DNA of 63,236 nt, the filler included, from Asterionella formosa (taxonomy: Eukaryota), in NCBI GenBank assembly GCA_002256025.1. It is 12 parts of 11 records of this genome, joined end to end, with 100 filler letters (N's around TTAATTAATTAA, not from the genome) between each part and the next. Parts side by side here need not be neighbours in the genome. Positions count along the whole stretch, not along the records: positions 36,743 to 61,622 come from NKIB01002121.1; 11 more parts are not named here. The stretch is one strand, 5' to 3'. Shown here in pieces: positions 48,538-61,081 of the stretch. Each line of letters starts with the position of its first letter. Position 1 is the first letter of the stretch. The position numbers and the translations under genes are program-made. The notes beneath the pieces were generated by a model, which saw only the letters and a program-made list of their open reading frames with translations, was not told the origin of the DNA and made no database searches.

Positions 48538-49314
48538 CCAACACATCGACCCGTTAGTACTCTGAGTCTTGCTGTTTAGTATATGTTGTTACCTTCATCA
48601 ATGGGACCACTGGGACTTGAGAGTACATCAACATTATTAATTCTAATTGGACTCTTTTTGAATTCAAAGTAAAGTATCAAACTAGAAGTAGTAGTAATTG
48701 TTGAATATTCGAGTTTAATAGTCTGCAACTCATTCTCTTTGTTGACGCCAAAGTAAACAACAGTCGAAATCTCCTATTATTGCGTTCTGAAATATATGAT
48801 TTACCACTAACCCTTTCTACATCTGTACTGGTGCACAGGATCGCCCAAGGGGGTCTGGGACACTGAAGTATACAGTAGTTATCCTTTTTCTATGTCCGGC
48901 AAAATATGGCTTTGTCGTGATTTGCGCAACAGCTGTTTATATTGTGATCCGCTTACCCTTCACTATTAGACATCCCGGTAAGATGGTAAAATAAATGTTT
49001 GGAACAAAAATCCCTATTGCTTATTATAAAATATTTATGATCCAGCCATAGAGTACAGTACAGTACAGTACAGTAAAATTAAAANNNNNNNNNNNNNNNN
49101 NNNNNNNNNNNNNNNNNNNNNNNNNNNNNNNNNNNNNNNNNNNNNNNNNNNNNNNNNNNNNNNNNNNNNNNNNNNNNNNNNNNNNNNNNNNNNNNNNNNN
49201 NNNNNNNNNNNNNNNNNNNNNNNNNNNNNNNNNNNNNNNNNNNNNNNNNNNNNNNNNNNNNNNNNNNNNNNNNNNNNNNNNNNNNNNNNNNNNNNNNNNN
49301 NNNNNNNNNNNNNN

Positions 49315-49873
49315 TTATGCTTGAGCTGCTCTTGGTGGAAGAGAGGGACGAAGATCTATCACTATTCCTTGTACATTTCCTTTTTCTCTTCTGTTGGACC
49401 AAGTTGCTGCTCTCCAATACTTCTTCGTTAGTTGACTTGTTGCTTATGTTGTTGTTGCTGCTGCATTGACTTGATTGACTTCTTCGCTTATACTTTTCTA
49501 GGATGAGCTCCCTTGGGATTGGCGTTCTTCTATAACTTGCAAGTCGGAGTGGTGGTAGGAGGAAGTCAACATAGTCCGACCCATCACCATCATGGCCCGA
49601 TGAGCAACACGATGGTTTTTCTCGCGCTAATTTCTGTGCTCTCAGGACTTCTTCTGTCAAGTATTTTAATTCTTTCTGGTATTTCGTTGTTCGCGTGGTG
49701 CTCGTGTGCTTATTCTCAATGTATTCATTGTCAGCGAACAAGGAAAAACAACTTCCCATATCATTTCTCCGCTGTTTGGTATAGTCGACAAGCTTGCTCT
49801 TCGCACTGCAGGTAGTTGTGTGAAATGGTTCCTTTTGATCTTCATTGCCGCAATGTAGCACCGTGGTCGTCAT
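49315..49873 (-). CDS. Partial hypothetical protein (3' end in a gap); alternative start MGSCFS at 49759
   Basis: About 185 open codons of Ser/Lys/Arg-rich sequence; no domain recognised. Confidence 0.45.
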
Positions 49874-51007
49874 CGCGCTGTTAATGGCTGGTTTCCTCGT
49901 AGCTTTAATTGAGCAGATTAAATGTCCGATCCACCTGCGATCTATTTTTGCTCAAAGCGTATATCTGCTCGCTGAAGGCGAAATTGTGTAAGGAGACGAT
50001 TTGTATTGTGCTGACCGATTAGCTCAAAATAGTTTTTTTGAGTGATGGCAAGTGCCTAGCGAAAGACTTGGTTCTGGTATAGTACCACCTGAAACCGGTA
50101 CCAGGGAACCTGAGTCTTCCTCTCAGAAAGGGACAAGCTTGTCGTTGCGACAAAAGTACAAACATATTTATGTTTAAATAACTATAATACCGGTACATTC
50201 TTGCACACGAGGTCTTGTGTGGAACGCTTCTTTTCATAAGGTCATACGACGCTGCTTTTGATCAATCCAACCGAGGTCATTCAACAAGCAAAATTAACAA
50301 TCCGAAGTACGGTGGTGAAATCCATATGTAAATTATACGGCGGGAGAAAACATTTATGTACCTGTACTCACGCTTTCTCTTTTGTTGACCCAATATTGCA
50401 TGTACTGGTCAAAATTACCATAAATGTCTTTTCCCGAAATTTCATCTGATCTCAGTTTTGGTCCTCAATACTATTACCTACTCCAGATCAATTGTAATGT
50501 TCAATGATGAGCTGTAAAGCGTCATATGACCTCCTGTGCGATTATATATATTCATACACAAATTCGTATGTCCATCGTCTGCCATTTGTGCATTACGTTG
50601 TTTTAAATGTCCTGGTATTAAAAATGTGTGTTGGTTCATTATAATGAGTTCGGACCTACGGAGGACATGCCTATCAATATTAGAGGCAGAGTGCCTCAAA
50701 ACACACCTAAATATTCTTTCCCGAGGAAATTTGACTTGGATTACGGTATCAGTCTTGGTACTCTCAGAGGCCCGGTAATTTCTTTGTTGAATGACCTTTG
50801 TTTAAGGGATGCAAGCGAAAGCGTCTTATGACCTCATGTGATTCAGATTTATAAATGTCGAAGCAACGAGCATTTGGGTGCTTTCCGGACAAATAGGCTA
50901 AACAATCGTTGAATGCATCGTCTCGTCTTGCACAACCCTACCCGGTAAGGTAACAAATGGACCATAAAAAAAGAATTGTAAAACAGTAATTATGAAACCC
51001 TGAGGTG

Positions 51008-51092
51008 AACCTCAATATGAGAAGCTTCAATAGATGAGCCTAAAGAGAAGCCTTTAAGAGGAGCTTCAATGAGGAGCCTCAATGAGAAGCCC
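51008..51092 (+). repeat. Degenerate ~12-bp minisatellite (GAGCCTCAATGA-like)
   Basis: About seven imperfect consecutive units. Confidence 0.65.
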
Positions 51093-51158
51093 AAAGCCTT
51101 GAGTTCCAAACTACTACCGGTACACTCCAATTACTGGTACCTGTTACCAGGTTGAGTA

Positions 51159-51553
51159 CCACCAAAAAACTGAGAGTCATCCTTATTTCTTTTTTTACTC
51201 TGTGTAATCCTTAAACAAGGTAATCACGATGACATTAGAAAAATTTATATCTCAAGAAATATTGACTTCATCCAAGTTATAATTATATCTAGTGGGACCA
51301 GGTACCTGGTTGGAGTACCTGAGAGGGTGACGACTACCAGGTACTAAAGTTGCCCTTTCCACGGCCTTGCTTGTCTTGTCACATGCTGGAATAGGTAAGG
51401 AGGTTGTCCGTCCTGTATCGTCCTTTCAGGCGCACTCCCATAGAATTGAGCTACAATAACCTTCGAACTTGCTTCAACGTTACCATGCAATCGGACAAAA
51501 ATAGTTTGAGTCATAACACAGGGTAAAAACGGATGACTCTCAGTTTTAGGTGG
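51159..51553. mobile_element. 395-bp MITE with ~25-bp TIRs and TA target-site duplication
   Basis: TA|CCACCAAAAAACTGAGAGTCATCC ... GGATGACTCTCAGTTTTAGGTGG|TA. Confidence 0.85.
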
Positions 51554-53728
51554 TAGGCAGTGGCTGAGTACCGGGCCCTCCTATGGTGCTGAAAATCACG
51601 ATCCATACATTGGTGAGACATAACCCCTTCCAGGTAACTGTTCATTGGGTAGACCACGGGGATGGCATAATTACACTAGTTGTGGAGGGACAACTTTTGT
51701 CTTGGTTCCATGCACTGAAGGGCCTAACGAACCTGGAGGTAAGATTGGCTTCAGATCTGCAGACATGGACCAAACCAATCACTACTGTAGAGGCGTGGAG
51801 TACTAATCCACACCTGACTGGATTTTCCATGATACCTGCACGTTGCAGTAATTTTGCTGATGCACGTTTGCGGCTGATGGGCAGACATAGGAATTCAAAA
51901 AGAAATAAGCAGGAGCGTTAGCTAACGGTTAGATCAATGACGCTTGGCGCAAACCCATGAAATCGATGTTTGCCAAATCAATTGGAGCGATATGTTTTGG
52001 TCCAAAATAAGTCATTAGGAAGAATATTAGTGTGAAACGGTTTAATTTATGAGAATTTAGGATAAGAAATGCATGAACAAATATTGTTTAGGCGCATATC
52101 AATCATTTCAGACATGTGCAAAATTGTTTCAGACGATTCTCGCTCTTTGTCATTTCAAAAAGTATATGTGTCTACAGTTGTGGTACCTGGTATTGCTCTG
52201 ATGCATCATCATCAATGAGAAACCAAGGAACCCTCGTGGGCCCTTGGCCTTGTATATTATTATTTAGCATTTCTTTTCTATGTATTAATCACTATGTAAA
52301 GGGCAATCGTGGTGTCAGTCTGGGGAGCATCTTGTGCATCATGTTGTCTTGGCCTTGACCCTGACGAAAATAGCGGAAATGTCTGTGAAAATCGAGGGCG
52401 ATGCCTTCCTATTTGATGGAGAAGTTTTTCATTTACTTTGGAAATGCACAATTCAACACAATGACGTTTGATAAAGATTCAACACATCAAAGTAGCTGCA
52501 CAAAGGCTACTGCTGCAAGTAGAACAATAAAATGATTAATTGAAGTTACTGTGTTGTATGAACGACTGTGTGCATCTCTTGATTTGTTGATTTTTCGAGA
52601 CGAGGACATGATGCATTTTGTTGATTATAATATAATATTGCTTGTTTCGCTATCTCTCATCATCTTATGTACACGGTATGCATGCATGATTAGGCACCAG
52701 CGGCGTGACCTCTGTGGACAAACTACAAACTATTTTTCCTCATACATATGTTACGTACAGCCTGCCCCAACCAGGAGCTCGTGTCAGACGAATTTTTGTC
52801 AGACAGATAGTAACAGTTTTCAGACATCAGTCGCTTCTTGTCAGACACACACAACTAAGATAGCATCAGACGCACACAAAAATCATAGCACCATAATTCA
52901 TTTAGTCAATTGATTTACCGGTAAACTCTACGTATTTCGATTGAACGGAAAAAATTGGAGCCTATTAGACGCGATAATAGAAAAATCAAGTGGTTGACCA
53001 GCCTGCCGGGGGTTCTACCATAATTAGTAGTAGGTTTCGAGCAGGCCAGCAAATTAATATGAGTAAGGACCCAATATGCTGGTGGTTTGATCCCTGGACA
53101 CGACATCCCCAATGCCCTCCTGGATCAATCCAACCCAAGTGCCCCCTAACATGGCCCCCACCCCCTGGTTCGCCTTTGGCCCATCATAGTAGGGCAAATC
53201 TAGACTTTAGACTCTGAGTAAGCAAGGCGGAATCAGGCAAGGTGGCGGAATTCCTAGTAAATCCGCCATTACCAGCATCACCCAGCTTCTCCTACTACTA
53301 CTAGCTTATCTTCTTGTAAATCCCACACTCAAGTTGAGTAAGAACGGGAGTCCTATAGGCAAAGCGGCAAAAGCCGCAAATAAGAAGCCTACATAAAAGT
53401 ACAAATGTATGCGCACCCCCCACCCCCGTACGCCGGTATGTACGTGGTACGGAAAAAGCTGTTCTACTTACAGACCAATACAACGGTATACTCTGGTGGA
53501 AGAAAAATACATCTACATTACCGGTATGTTAGTGCTAAATACATTATATGGAGGCACCAGGGTCCCACCTGGAACTCCCACCTGGTCACCTAGCAATACT
53601 GTTATGAAGCCTCACAAAAATATTGACCCTTCCCGCACCAAATACCGGTAAATCAGAAGTCTCACAATACAAAAATATATTGATGAAACCTTGTGAAATC
53701 TTTTTGATCTCCGATTTACAACGTTTGC

Positions 53729-54518
53729 TTAAACATTCACCACATTGTCAGTTGCAATCTCAGGAGTAGTGGTACCTTCTGGAAGCATGTCGCCATGATC
53801 AATTGAAGTCTCCGCACTGCTTTCTCCGTCTTGCAATTCCTTCTTGTTGGCATCAGCAAGGTGGTCAAGGCGTTTCTTGGTAACAACAGCCATCATGGCA
53901 AGAATAACACCACCCATTACACCAAGACAAGTGCCCAAGATCCACCTGTTGGATTTCTTGGAAAATTCATTCTCACCATCAACTGAAGTCAATGGTTGCA
54001 GATCCACAACCGTAGGTGCCGCAATCACAGGAATCGACGGTGCCAAGGTCTCAGATGTAGGAGTTGTGATGGAGGAAGGAGTTTCTGGCGTTGGGACCGG
54101 AGAAGAAACACCAGCAGGACTCATTGTCACGATAGGAGTCGAGACTGGTGAAAAACTTGTGGGGGTAGCAAATGGTGCCACAGTCACAAATTCCTTATTA
54201 GGTGACAAAACTGGTGTTGAGGTTGGCACGGCATAAACAAACGACATTGATAGCGACATGGACATTGAAATGGAAAAGTTCACGAGAAAGCTGCGCTCAA
54301 GTTCGAGGAGACTATGGGAACAAGTATAAAGAATTTATGGTTAGCAACAGGTAATGCTCGCTTCATTCAATGCCATGCAAGAACGGAATCATGCCTTACC
54401 CTCTCGTAACATCGTCATTGTCGTTAATGTTTTGATTTCTGAGTTTTCGCAAAAGTCCAAACTCGCTGTGAGCATTAGCACCGGCGACAAGGGCAACCAC
54501 AAATAGGAAATAAATCAT
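53729..54518 (-). CDS. Single-pass membrane protein with signal peptide, RXL sites, SMSMS motif and P/S/T-rich ectodomain (paralog 1, ~233 aa). Exons 54518-54400 and 54311-53729.
   Basis: Signal peptide MIYFLFVVALVAGANA. An 88-nt GT..AG phase-2 intron (54399-54312) joins the frames (DVTRGLLELER). TM helix WILGTCLGVMGGVILAMMAVV followed by TKKR. Confidence 0.85.
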
Positions 54519-55375
54519 GATGATGATTGCTATAGTTAATTTAAAATATANNNNNNNNNNNNNNNNNNNNNNNNNNNNNNNNNNNNNNNNNNNNNNNNNN
54601 NNNNNNNNNNNNNNNNNNNNNNNNNNNNNNNNNNNNNNNNNNNNNNNNNNNNNNNNNNNNNNNNNNNNNNNNNNNNNNNNNNNNNNNNNNNNNNNNNNNN
54701 NNNNNNNNNNNNNNNNNNNNNNNNNNNNNNNNNNNNNNNNNNNNNNNNNNNNNNNNNNNNNNNNNNNNNNNNNNNNNNNNNNNNNNNNNNNNNNNNNNNN
54801 NNNNNNNNNNNNNNNNNNNNNNNNNNNNNNNNNNNNNNNNNNNNNNNNNNNNNNNNNNNNNNNNNNNNNNNNNNNNNNNNNNNNNNNNNNNNNNNNNNNN
54901 NNNNNNNNNNNNNNNNNNNNNNNNNNNNNNNNNNNNNNNNNNNNNNNNNNNNNNNNNNNNNNNNNNNNNNNNNNNNNNNNNNNNNNNNNNNNNNNNNNNN
55001 NNNNNNNNNNNNNNNNNNNNNNNNNNNNNNNNNNNNNNNNNNNNNNNNNNNNNNNNNNNNNNNNNNNNNNNNNNNNNNNNNNNNNNNNNNNNNNNNNNNN
55101 NNNNNNNNNNNNNNNNNNNNNNNNNNNNNNNNNNNNNNNNNNNNNNNNNNNNNNNNNNNNNNNNNNNNNNNNNNNNNNNNNNNNNNNNNNNNNNNNNNNN
55201 NNNNNNNNNNNNNNNNNNNNNNNNNNNNNNNNNNNNNNNNNNNNNNNNNNNNNNNNNNNNNNNNNNNNNNNNNNNNNNNNNNCTAATATATAAATAAATG
55301 TGACCAACGTGAGGAGGTGTCGTTTGTCCACAGAAAATAACGTTGTATTCACCCTTCCTTCCCCATGTCGTAATC

Positions 55376-56123
55376 CTAAGCATTCTCAACAGTGTCAGCT
55401 GGAAGATCAGGAGTAGTCGTGCCGGTCAAAATGTCATCACCATGATCAATAGAAGTCTCTGCACTGCTTTCTCCATCTTGCAATTCCTTCTTGTTGGCGT
55501 CAAGGTGGTCAAGGCGTTTCTTGGTAACAAGAGCCATCAATGCAAGAATTACACCACCCAATACACCAAGGCAGGTACCCAAGATCCAATGTTTTGATCC
55601 ATTGGAACCCGTGCTCACATCGACATTGGCAATCAATGGTTGCTCGTCGAGAAATGTTGGTGCCAAAGTTGCAGTAGCCAACGGATCAACACGGGCAAAC
55701 GAGGGTACGACAGTACTGGCTGGCGTTGGGTAAACATAATCAGAAGGACTCATAGTGACGGGAGGGAACGATACAAATGGAGCGCTGGTAGGAGTCGCCA
55801 ATGGAGCCACAGTCAAAAGTGGCGAAATGGGTGACAACGAAAATGTTGGCGCCGAGTAATCCATCGACATGGACAACGACATGGACATTGAAAAGTCCAC
55901 GAGCAAACTTTGTTCGAGTTCAAGGAGTCTGTGCGTGGAAGAGTTGCATGATAAGTATTGGGAAAATGGAGAGGCACCCTTGCAATGACGCATCAAACAA
56001 GTCTTACCTTCTCATCACATCATCCCTGTCGTGAGCGTTGCGATTGTTGAGTTTACGCAGACCAAACTCTTCATACGCGTGAACACCAGAGGCAAGGGCA
56101 AGAGCAAGGGTGAAATAAATCAT
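55376..56123 (-). CDS. Single-pass membrane protein, tandem paralog 2 (~222 aa). Exons 56123-56008 and 55928-55376.
   Basis: Signal peptide MIYFTLALALASGVHA. A 79-nt GT..AG intron (56007-55929) sits at the same position as in paralog 1 (DVMRRLLELEQ). SMSMSLSMSM, TM helix and a near-identical tail. Confidence 0.87.
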
Positions 56124-57848
56124 GATTTCGCTAGTGTTAATGTGTATAATGCGAAATGTGGAGTTTGCTTTTGTCGGCTCAAGAAAATTATGAGTAAATG
56201 TTGAGATGAGAAATTGGGCATCGGAAATTTCTAGGGGATACTTTTCATTGGGTCCCACCATAATAGGCCAAAATGCGTTGGATGTTTCTATCTTGTGGGA
56301 CAACGATATTGTCTCATGTGAGGTGCAAATAATGAGTCCCCTCATGGTTCTAATCCGACTCCACAATATAGGACGCAACGTATGAATCCCATCTGTGTTA
56401 GCTACACTCCGTCTCTTGGTATATTCATGTGTCCTGATATACGATCCATCAATGGGTATAACTAATCAAAGTATAGTGAATGGTTTTGGTTGAGAGACCA
56501 TCTTATTTTCCAGAAGGAAGGAGAAAAAGGTTTGGTTGTTTGAGAGCAATACTTTGCTCTTTTTCAATTTCCGTGTTTTTCCAACAAACGAGAAAGGAAC
56601 GTGTATAGGGTGAGGAAGGGTATCTGCGACGGACAGTCTCACAAAAATTCTAAAGGCACCGGTCACAAGGTGGTTTTGGTGTTCGTTGCCAATCTTTCGA
56701 CTGTACCATTCCCTTTCTTTTGGATCTCTCTCTCTCTCTTAAATTTCTGTAACCACAAACAACATGAGGGATGAGTTTCGATTGGTCGAATATACTATAA
56801 AGTGCGCCTTGATTGCTGCAAACACGAGAATCCGAGACATTTTGTTTTAAGAAATGCCAATTGTGCCAAGAGCATCATCATCAAGGACTCAGAAGGAATC
56901 CGACTGATTGTATATGCAATTTCGTCCTTTTCTCATGTTGTGGTTGCAGCGAGTATCGNNNNNNNNNNNNNNNNNNNNNNNNNNNNNNNNNNNNNNNNNN
57001 NNNNNNNNNNNNNNNNNNNNNNNNNNNNNNNNNNNNNNNNNNNNNNNNNNNNNNNNNNNNNNNNNNNNNNNNNNNNNNNNNNNNNNNNNNNNNNNNNNNN
57101 NNNNNNNNNNNNNNNNNNNNNNNNNNNNNNNNNNNNNNNNNNNNNNNNNNNNNNNNNNNNNNNNNNNNNNNNNNNNNNNNNNNNNNNNNNNNNNNNNNNN
57201 NNNNNNNNNNNNNNNNNNNNNNNNNNNNNNNNNNNNNNNNNNNNNNNNNNNNNNNNNNNNNNNNNNNNNNNNNNNNNNNNNNNNNNNNNNNNNNNNNNNN
57301 NNNNNNNNNNNNNNNNNNNNNNNNNNNNNNNNNNNNNNNNNNNNNNNNNNNNNNNNNNNNNNNNNNNNNNNNNNNNNNNNNNNNNNNNNNNNNNNNNNNN
57401 NNNNNNNNNNNNNNNNNNNNNNNNNNNNNNNNNNNNNNNNNNNNNNNNNNNNNNNNNNNNNNNNNNNNNNNNNNNNNNNNNNNNNNTGCTGTATGGAGTG
57501 GTATGAAGTATGAAATATGCCTGTGCCTTGTATGTATGTACCGACACGGTACCTGGAACCAGGAGTTTACGTACTGGCTGATTAATGGCCAGAATCCAGT
57601 CGAGGTTGTGACGTTCATATTCTACAAGCATCATCACTGATTTCTTCGGCAAAGAAAATACGCACAGTAATGTCAAGAGGATACGACTGGTACAGGGATG
57701 CAGCACCTAGTACCGGTAGCCAAAATATCAGTATTGCTTATTGGAACAATAGTACATGTGGGTTAACCATTGATCCACCACTGCTTCTACCAATCATCCC
57801 ATCCCACCCAGTCACATACACACAAACACATCAAGAGGGACAATTGTA

Positions 57849-59977
57849 ATGACAAGATCGCGGACAGCACTCGCATCATGGCTGCTAATGACAATGCTCC
57901 GTTCCGTCTCGGCCTTTGCGCCACCAAAACTGCACCGGCGTCAGCGTTCGGCCCCTTCATTTCTTCACATGTCGTCGGAAGCCCCAGGAGCCACCAAGAA
58001 ACTCTCCAACAACAATAAGAATCTCGTACCCATGGTGGAATACAATGCTGAACGCATTCGCAATTTCAGCATCATTGCTCACATTGATCATGGAAAGTCG
58101 ACGCTTGCCGATCGGTTGTTGGAAATGACCCAAACGGTCGCCTCCAGAGACATGGAAGCTCAATTGTTGGATAACATGGATTTAGAACGGGAACGAGGGA
58201 TTACTATTAAACTGCAAGCGGCACGAGTCTTGTACACGTCGAAAGTGGATGGACTTGTTTACACCTTGAACCTTATTGACACACCCGGTCATGTGGACTT
58301 TAGCTATGAAGTCAGTCGGAGTTTGGCCGCCTGTGAAGGGGCGTTGCTAGTTGTGGATGCTAGCCAAGGAATTGAAGCGCAGGTAATACCATGTTCTGCA
58401 ATGATCGTTTCGCGCTTTCTTCTCTATACTCATGTCGTGGGCTAAACATACCTCCCAAAACACATTTTTACTTACAGACACTAGCCAACGTCTACCTTGC
58501 CCTTGACAACAACCTGGAAGTCATTCCTGTCTTGAATAAAATTGATTTGCCTGCTGCCGAACCTGACAAGGTCAAGGAAGAAATCGAACAAACCATTGGC
58601 TTGGATTGTACTGACATTGTTCTGGCCAGCGCCAAATCGGGAATTGGCATTGAAGATATTATGGAACGAATTGTGAAATGCGTTCCGCCCCCACCAGCAT
58701 CCACTGGGGGACCCTTTCGGGCATTAATTTTTGATTCGCTCTATGATTCCTATCGTGGGGTGATTGTATTTTTTAGAGTTGTGGACGGAAAAGTCAGAAA
58801 AGGGGACAAAGTGCGCTTCTTGGCCAGCTGTGCCGAGCATGAAGTTACGGAAGTGGGAATTATGCAACCGAATCAAGTGTCTGTCGACTCGTTACAAGCA
58901 GGAGAAGTTGGGTTCCTTTGTGGGGGCATTAAGGACGTGTTGGATGCCAGAGTTGGTGACACGATTGTTTTGACACGAGAATTCAAGGAGGGCATTGCCA
59001 AAGGGATGGATCCACCCATACCTGCCCTTCCAGGATATGCTGACTCAGTTCCAATGGTGTATTGTGGATTGTTCCCCGTGGATGCAGATCAATATGAAGG
59101 TCTGCGGGATTCATTGGGGAAATTGCGTTTGAATGATGCAGCCTTGTCCTACGAACCAGAAGTGTCGGCAGCCATGGGCTTTGGCTTTAGATGTGGTTTT
59201 TTGGGGTTGTTACATATGGAGATTGTTCAAGAACGATTGCAGCGAGAATATGATATTGACTTGATTGTCACAGCACCCTCTGTCAAATATCGTGTCCGTT
59301 CCAAGGGAGAAAATCTGGAAACAGTGGTTGATGCTCCTAGCAAAATGCCGGATCTAATGCGCGATCAAGAGTGCCTGGAACCCTTTGTCAAGATGGAAAT
59401 TTTGACGCCGTCAGATTACAATGGACAGATCATTGAACTTTGCCAAGAACGTAGAGGAATTTTGAAAGACATCAAATACTTGACACTAACGAGGTCAACG
59501 ATTGTGTATGAAATTCCATTGGGGGAAGTGATTACTGACTTTTTTGATCAACTCAAGTCGAGAACACAAGGATATGCATCCATGGAATACTCCATAATTG
59601 AATATCGTCCGAGTGATTTGGTGAGGTTGGATGTCAAGATCAATTACGAATTAGCAACACCTCTGGCATGCATCGTTCATCGCGACAATGCCCAAATTAT
59701 TGGTCGTAAGCTCGTGGCGTCACTCAAAAAGCTGATCCCTCGTCAAATGTTTAATGTTCCCATTCAAGCCTGTATTGGAGTGAAAGTCATTGCTTCGGAA
59801 TCAATTTCTGCAATGAAGAAGGATGTTTTGGCCAAATGTTATGGAGGCGATATCTCTAGAAAGAAGAAGCTTTTGCAAAAGCAAGCAAAAGGAAAGAAGA
59901 GAATGAAAGCAATAGGTAAGGTAAATGTTCCACAAGAGGCATTTATGGCTGTTCTCAAGCTTGATGCCAATGATTAG
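57849..59977 (+). CDS. lepA: Plastid-targeted translation factor LepA/EF4 (GUF1 family), ~677 aa. Exons 57849-58382 and 58478-59977.
   Basis: [53 protein letters not shown] and [15 protein letters not shown] 95-nt GT-AG intron restores IEAQ/TLAN. Bipartite presequence ...RSVSA-FAP. Confidence 0.97.
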
Positions 59978-60058
59978 GACAAGGCTAAAGTAAAGTAGTG
60001 AAAGTGCTGCTGTATTTTTGTTACAACTTAAGGCATCTACATTACCATGGTTTTGTCC

Positions 60059-61081
60059 TCAATACACTTGAGTAAGCGGCTTCTTTGCTGCCGGTTTCTT
60101 TGTTCCTGGCTTCTTTGCAACTGTTTTCTTCTGTCTCAAGAATGAGAACAATCCCTTTTTTGTATTTTGCTGGGCTTTAGGGGCAGGCTTGGTTGAGATC
60201 TTCGCCAAGTTTGTCACGGCCACAATGCAAGTAGGTATAGGTGGAACATAACGCCGCATTGGAAACGACAACACATAGATAATCAAAAACAGAACTGGTG
60301 ATAAGACAAAGATTGATATCAACGAGATGATCAGGGTCTCTTTTGGTCTATTTTTCCATGATATGGAGGTGTAAATAGCATCGTCATCACCTGCCGCGTC
60401 GTCACCTGCGGCGTCGTCACCTGCCGCGTCGTCACCTGCCGAGTCATCAACATTGGGATAGCCGACATCGAACAAAATGTCGTGAATCAACGTCCAAAGA
60501 ACGTAGAGAAATGAAATGAACATGGGATATACAATGTGCCTGAAACGGACTGGAACTCGATTGACCACTAGGCCTTCCAACAAAACCAAAATCATAACTC
60601 CTCCATGTTTCATGAAATTATAGTACGTCACTCCGGAAACGTAGTCGTATTCCACACTCCAGTAGAGGAAGGTGACTGAAGCTTGCAGTGAACTGGCAAC
60701 TGCAAAGAGCCCCCAAGGTAGTTTGATGAACCAGTTGAGCTTATTGGAGGAATCTTGCACAACCAGTTGAGCAATCAACGAAGTGACCAAATACAATTCG
60801 GCAAAGCTGAGAGCCCAGTGAGTCAAGTTCGCCATGAAGAATCCTCGCGCATATATATCAGGGTAGGAGAGAAGGTTGCCGATGAGCACTTCTAGCGCCC
60901 ATAAAACAATGGCTAGTTTGACAAGGAACACGGACCATTTGGGAGTGGGAGCAAATGTGCGCTGCAAGTCCAGCGTCTTGCCGTTTGAATCTTCCAGCGA
61001 GAAGGAGTCGAGCTGTATCTCAGTGCAGCATACTCCACGTTTGGTGCTACGGGCATTGTAACTGTGATAGACGGAGTCCAT
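60059..61081 (-). CDS. Rolling-stone (rost)-like multi-pass membrane protein with a Lys-rich C-terminus
   Basis: About six to seven hydrophobic helices. Motifs LTHW, VTFLYW, HG...VLLE.LVVNRVPVRFRHIVYP and IY..ISW..RP match the rost family. First in-frame ATG at 61081. Confidence 0.78.
   Translation of the reverse strand: MDSVYHSYNARSTKRGVCCTEIQLDSFSLEDSNGKTLDLQRTFAPTPKWSVFLVKLAIVLWALEVLIGNLLSYPDIYARGFFMANLTHWALSFAELYLVTSLIAQLVVQDSSNKLNWFIKLPWGLFAVASSLQASVTFLYWSVEYDYVSGVTYYNFMKHGGVMILVLLEGLVVNRVPVRFRHIVYPMFISFLYVLWTLIHDILFDVGYPNVDDSAGDDAAGDDAAGDDAAGDDDAIYTSISWKNRPKETLIISLISIFVLSPVLFLIIYVLSFPMRRYVPPIPTCIVAVTNLAKISTKPAPKAQQNTKKGLFSFLRQKKTVAKKPGTKKPAAKKPLTQVY
60387..60440 (-). repeat. Coding 15-bp tandem repeat (AGDDA, ~3.6 units)
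   Basis: TCACCTGC(C/G)GCGTCG units at 60387, 60402, 60417 and a partial unit at 60432. Confidence 0.9.

Noticed and set aside
56724..56739. (CT)n microsatellite; also (CAGTA)n at ~49054-49075
   Set aside because: Short simple repeats with no further support for function.
54396..57706. Long ORFs in the supplied track made mostly of X
   Set aside because: Artefacts of translating through N-gaps.
57849..59977. lepA as evidence of bacterial contamination or recent horizontal transfer
   Set aside because: It has a spliceosomal intron and a bipartite plastid presequence, so it is an ordinary nucleus-encoded plastid gene.
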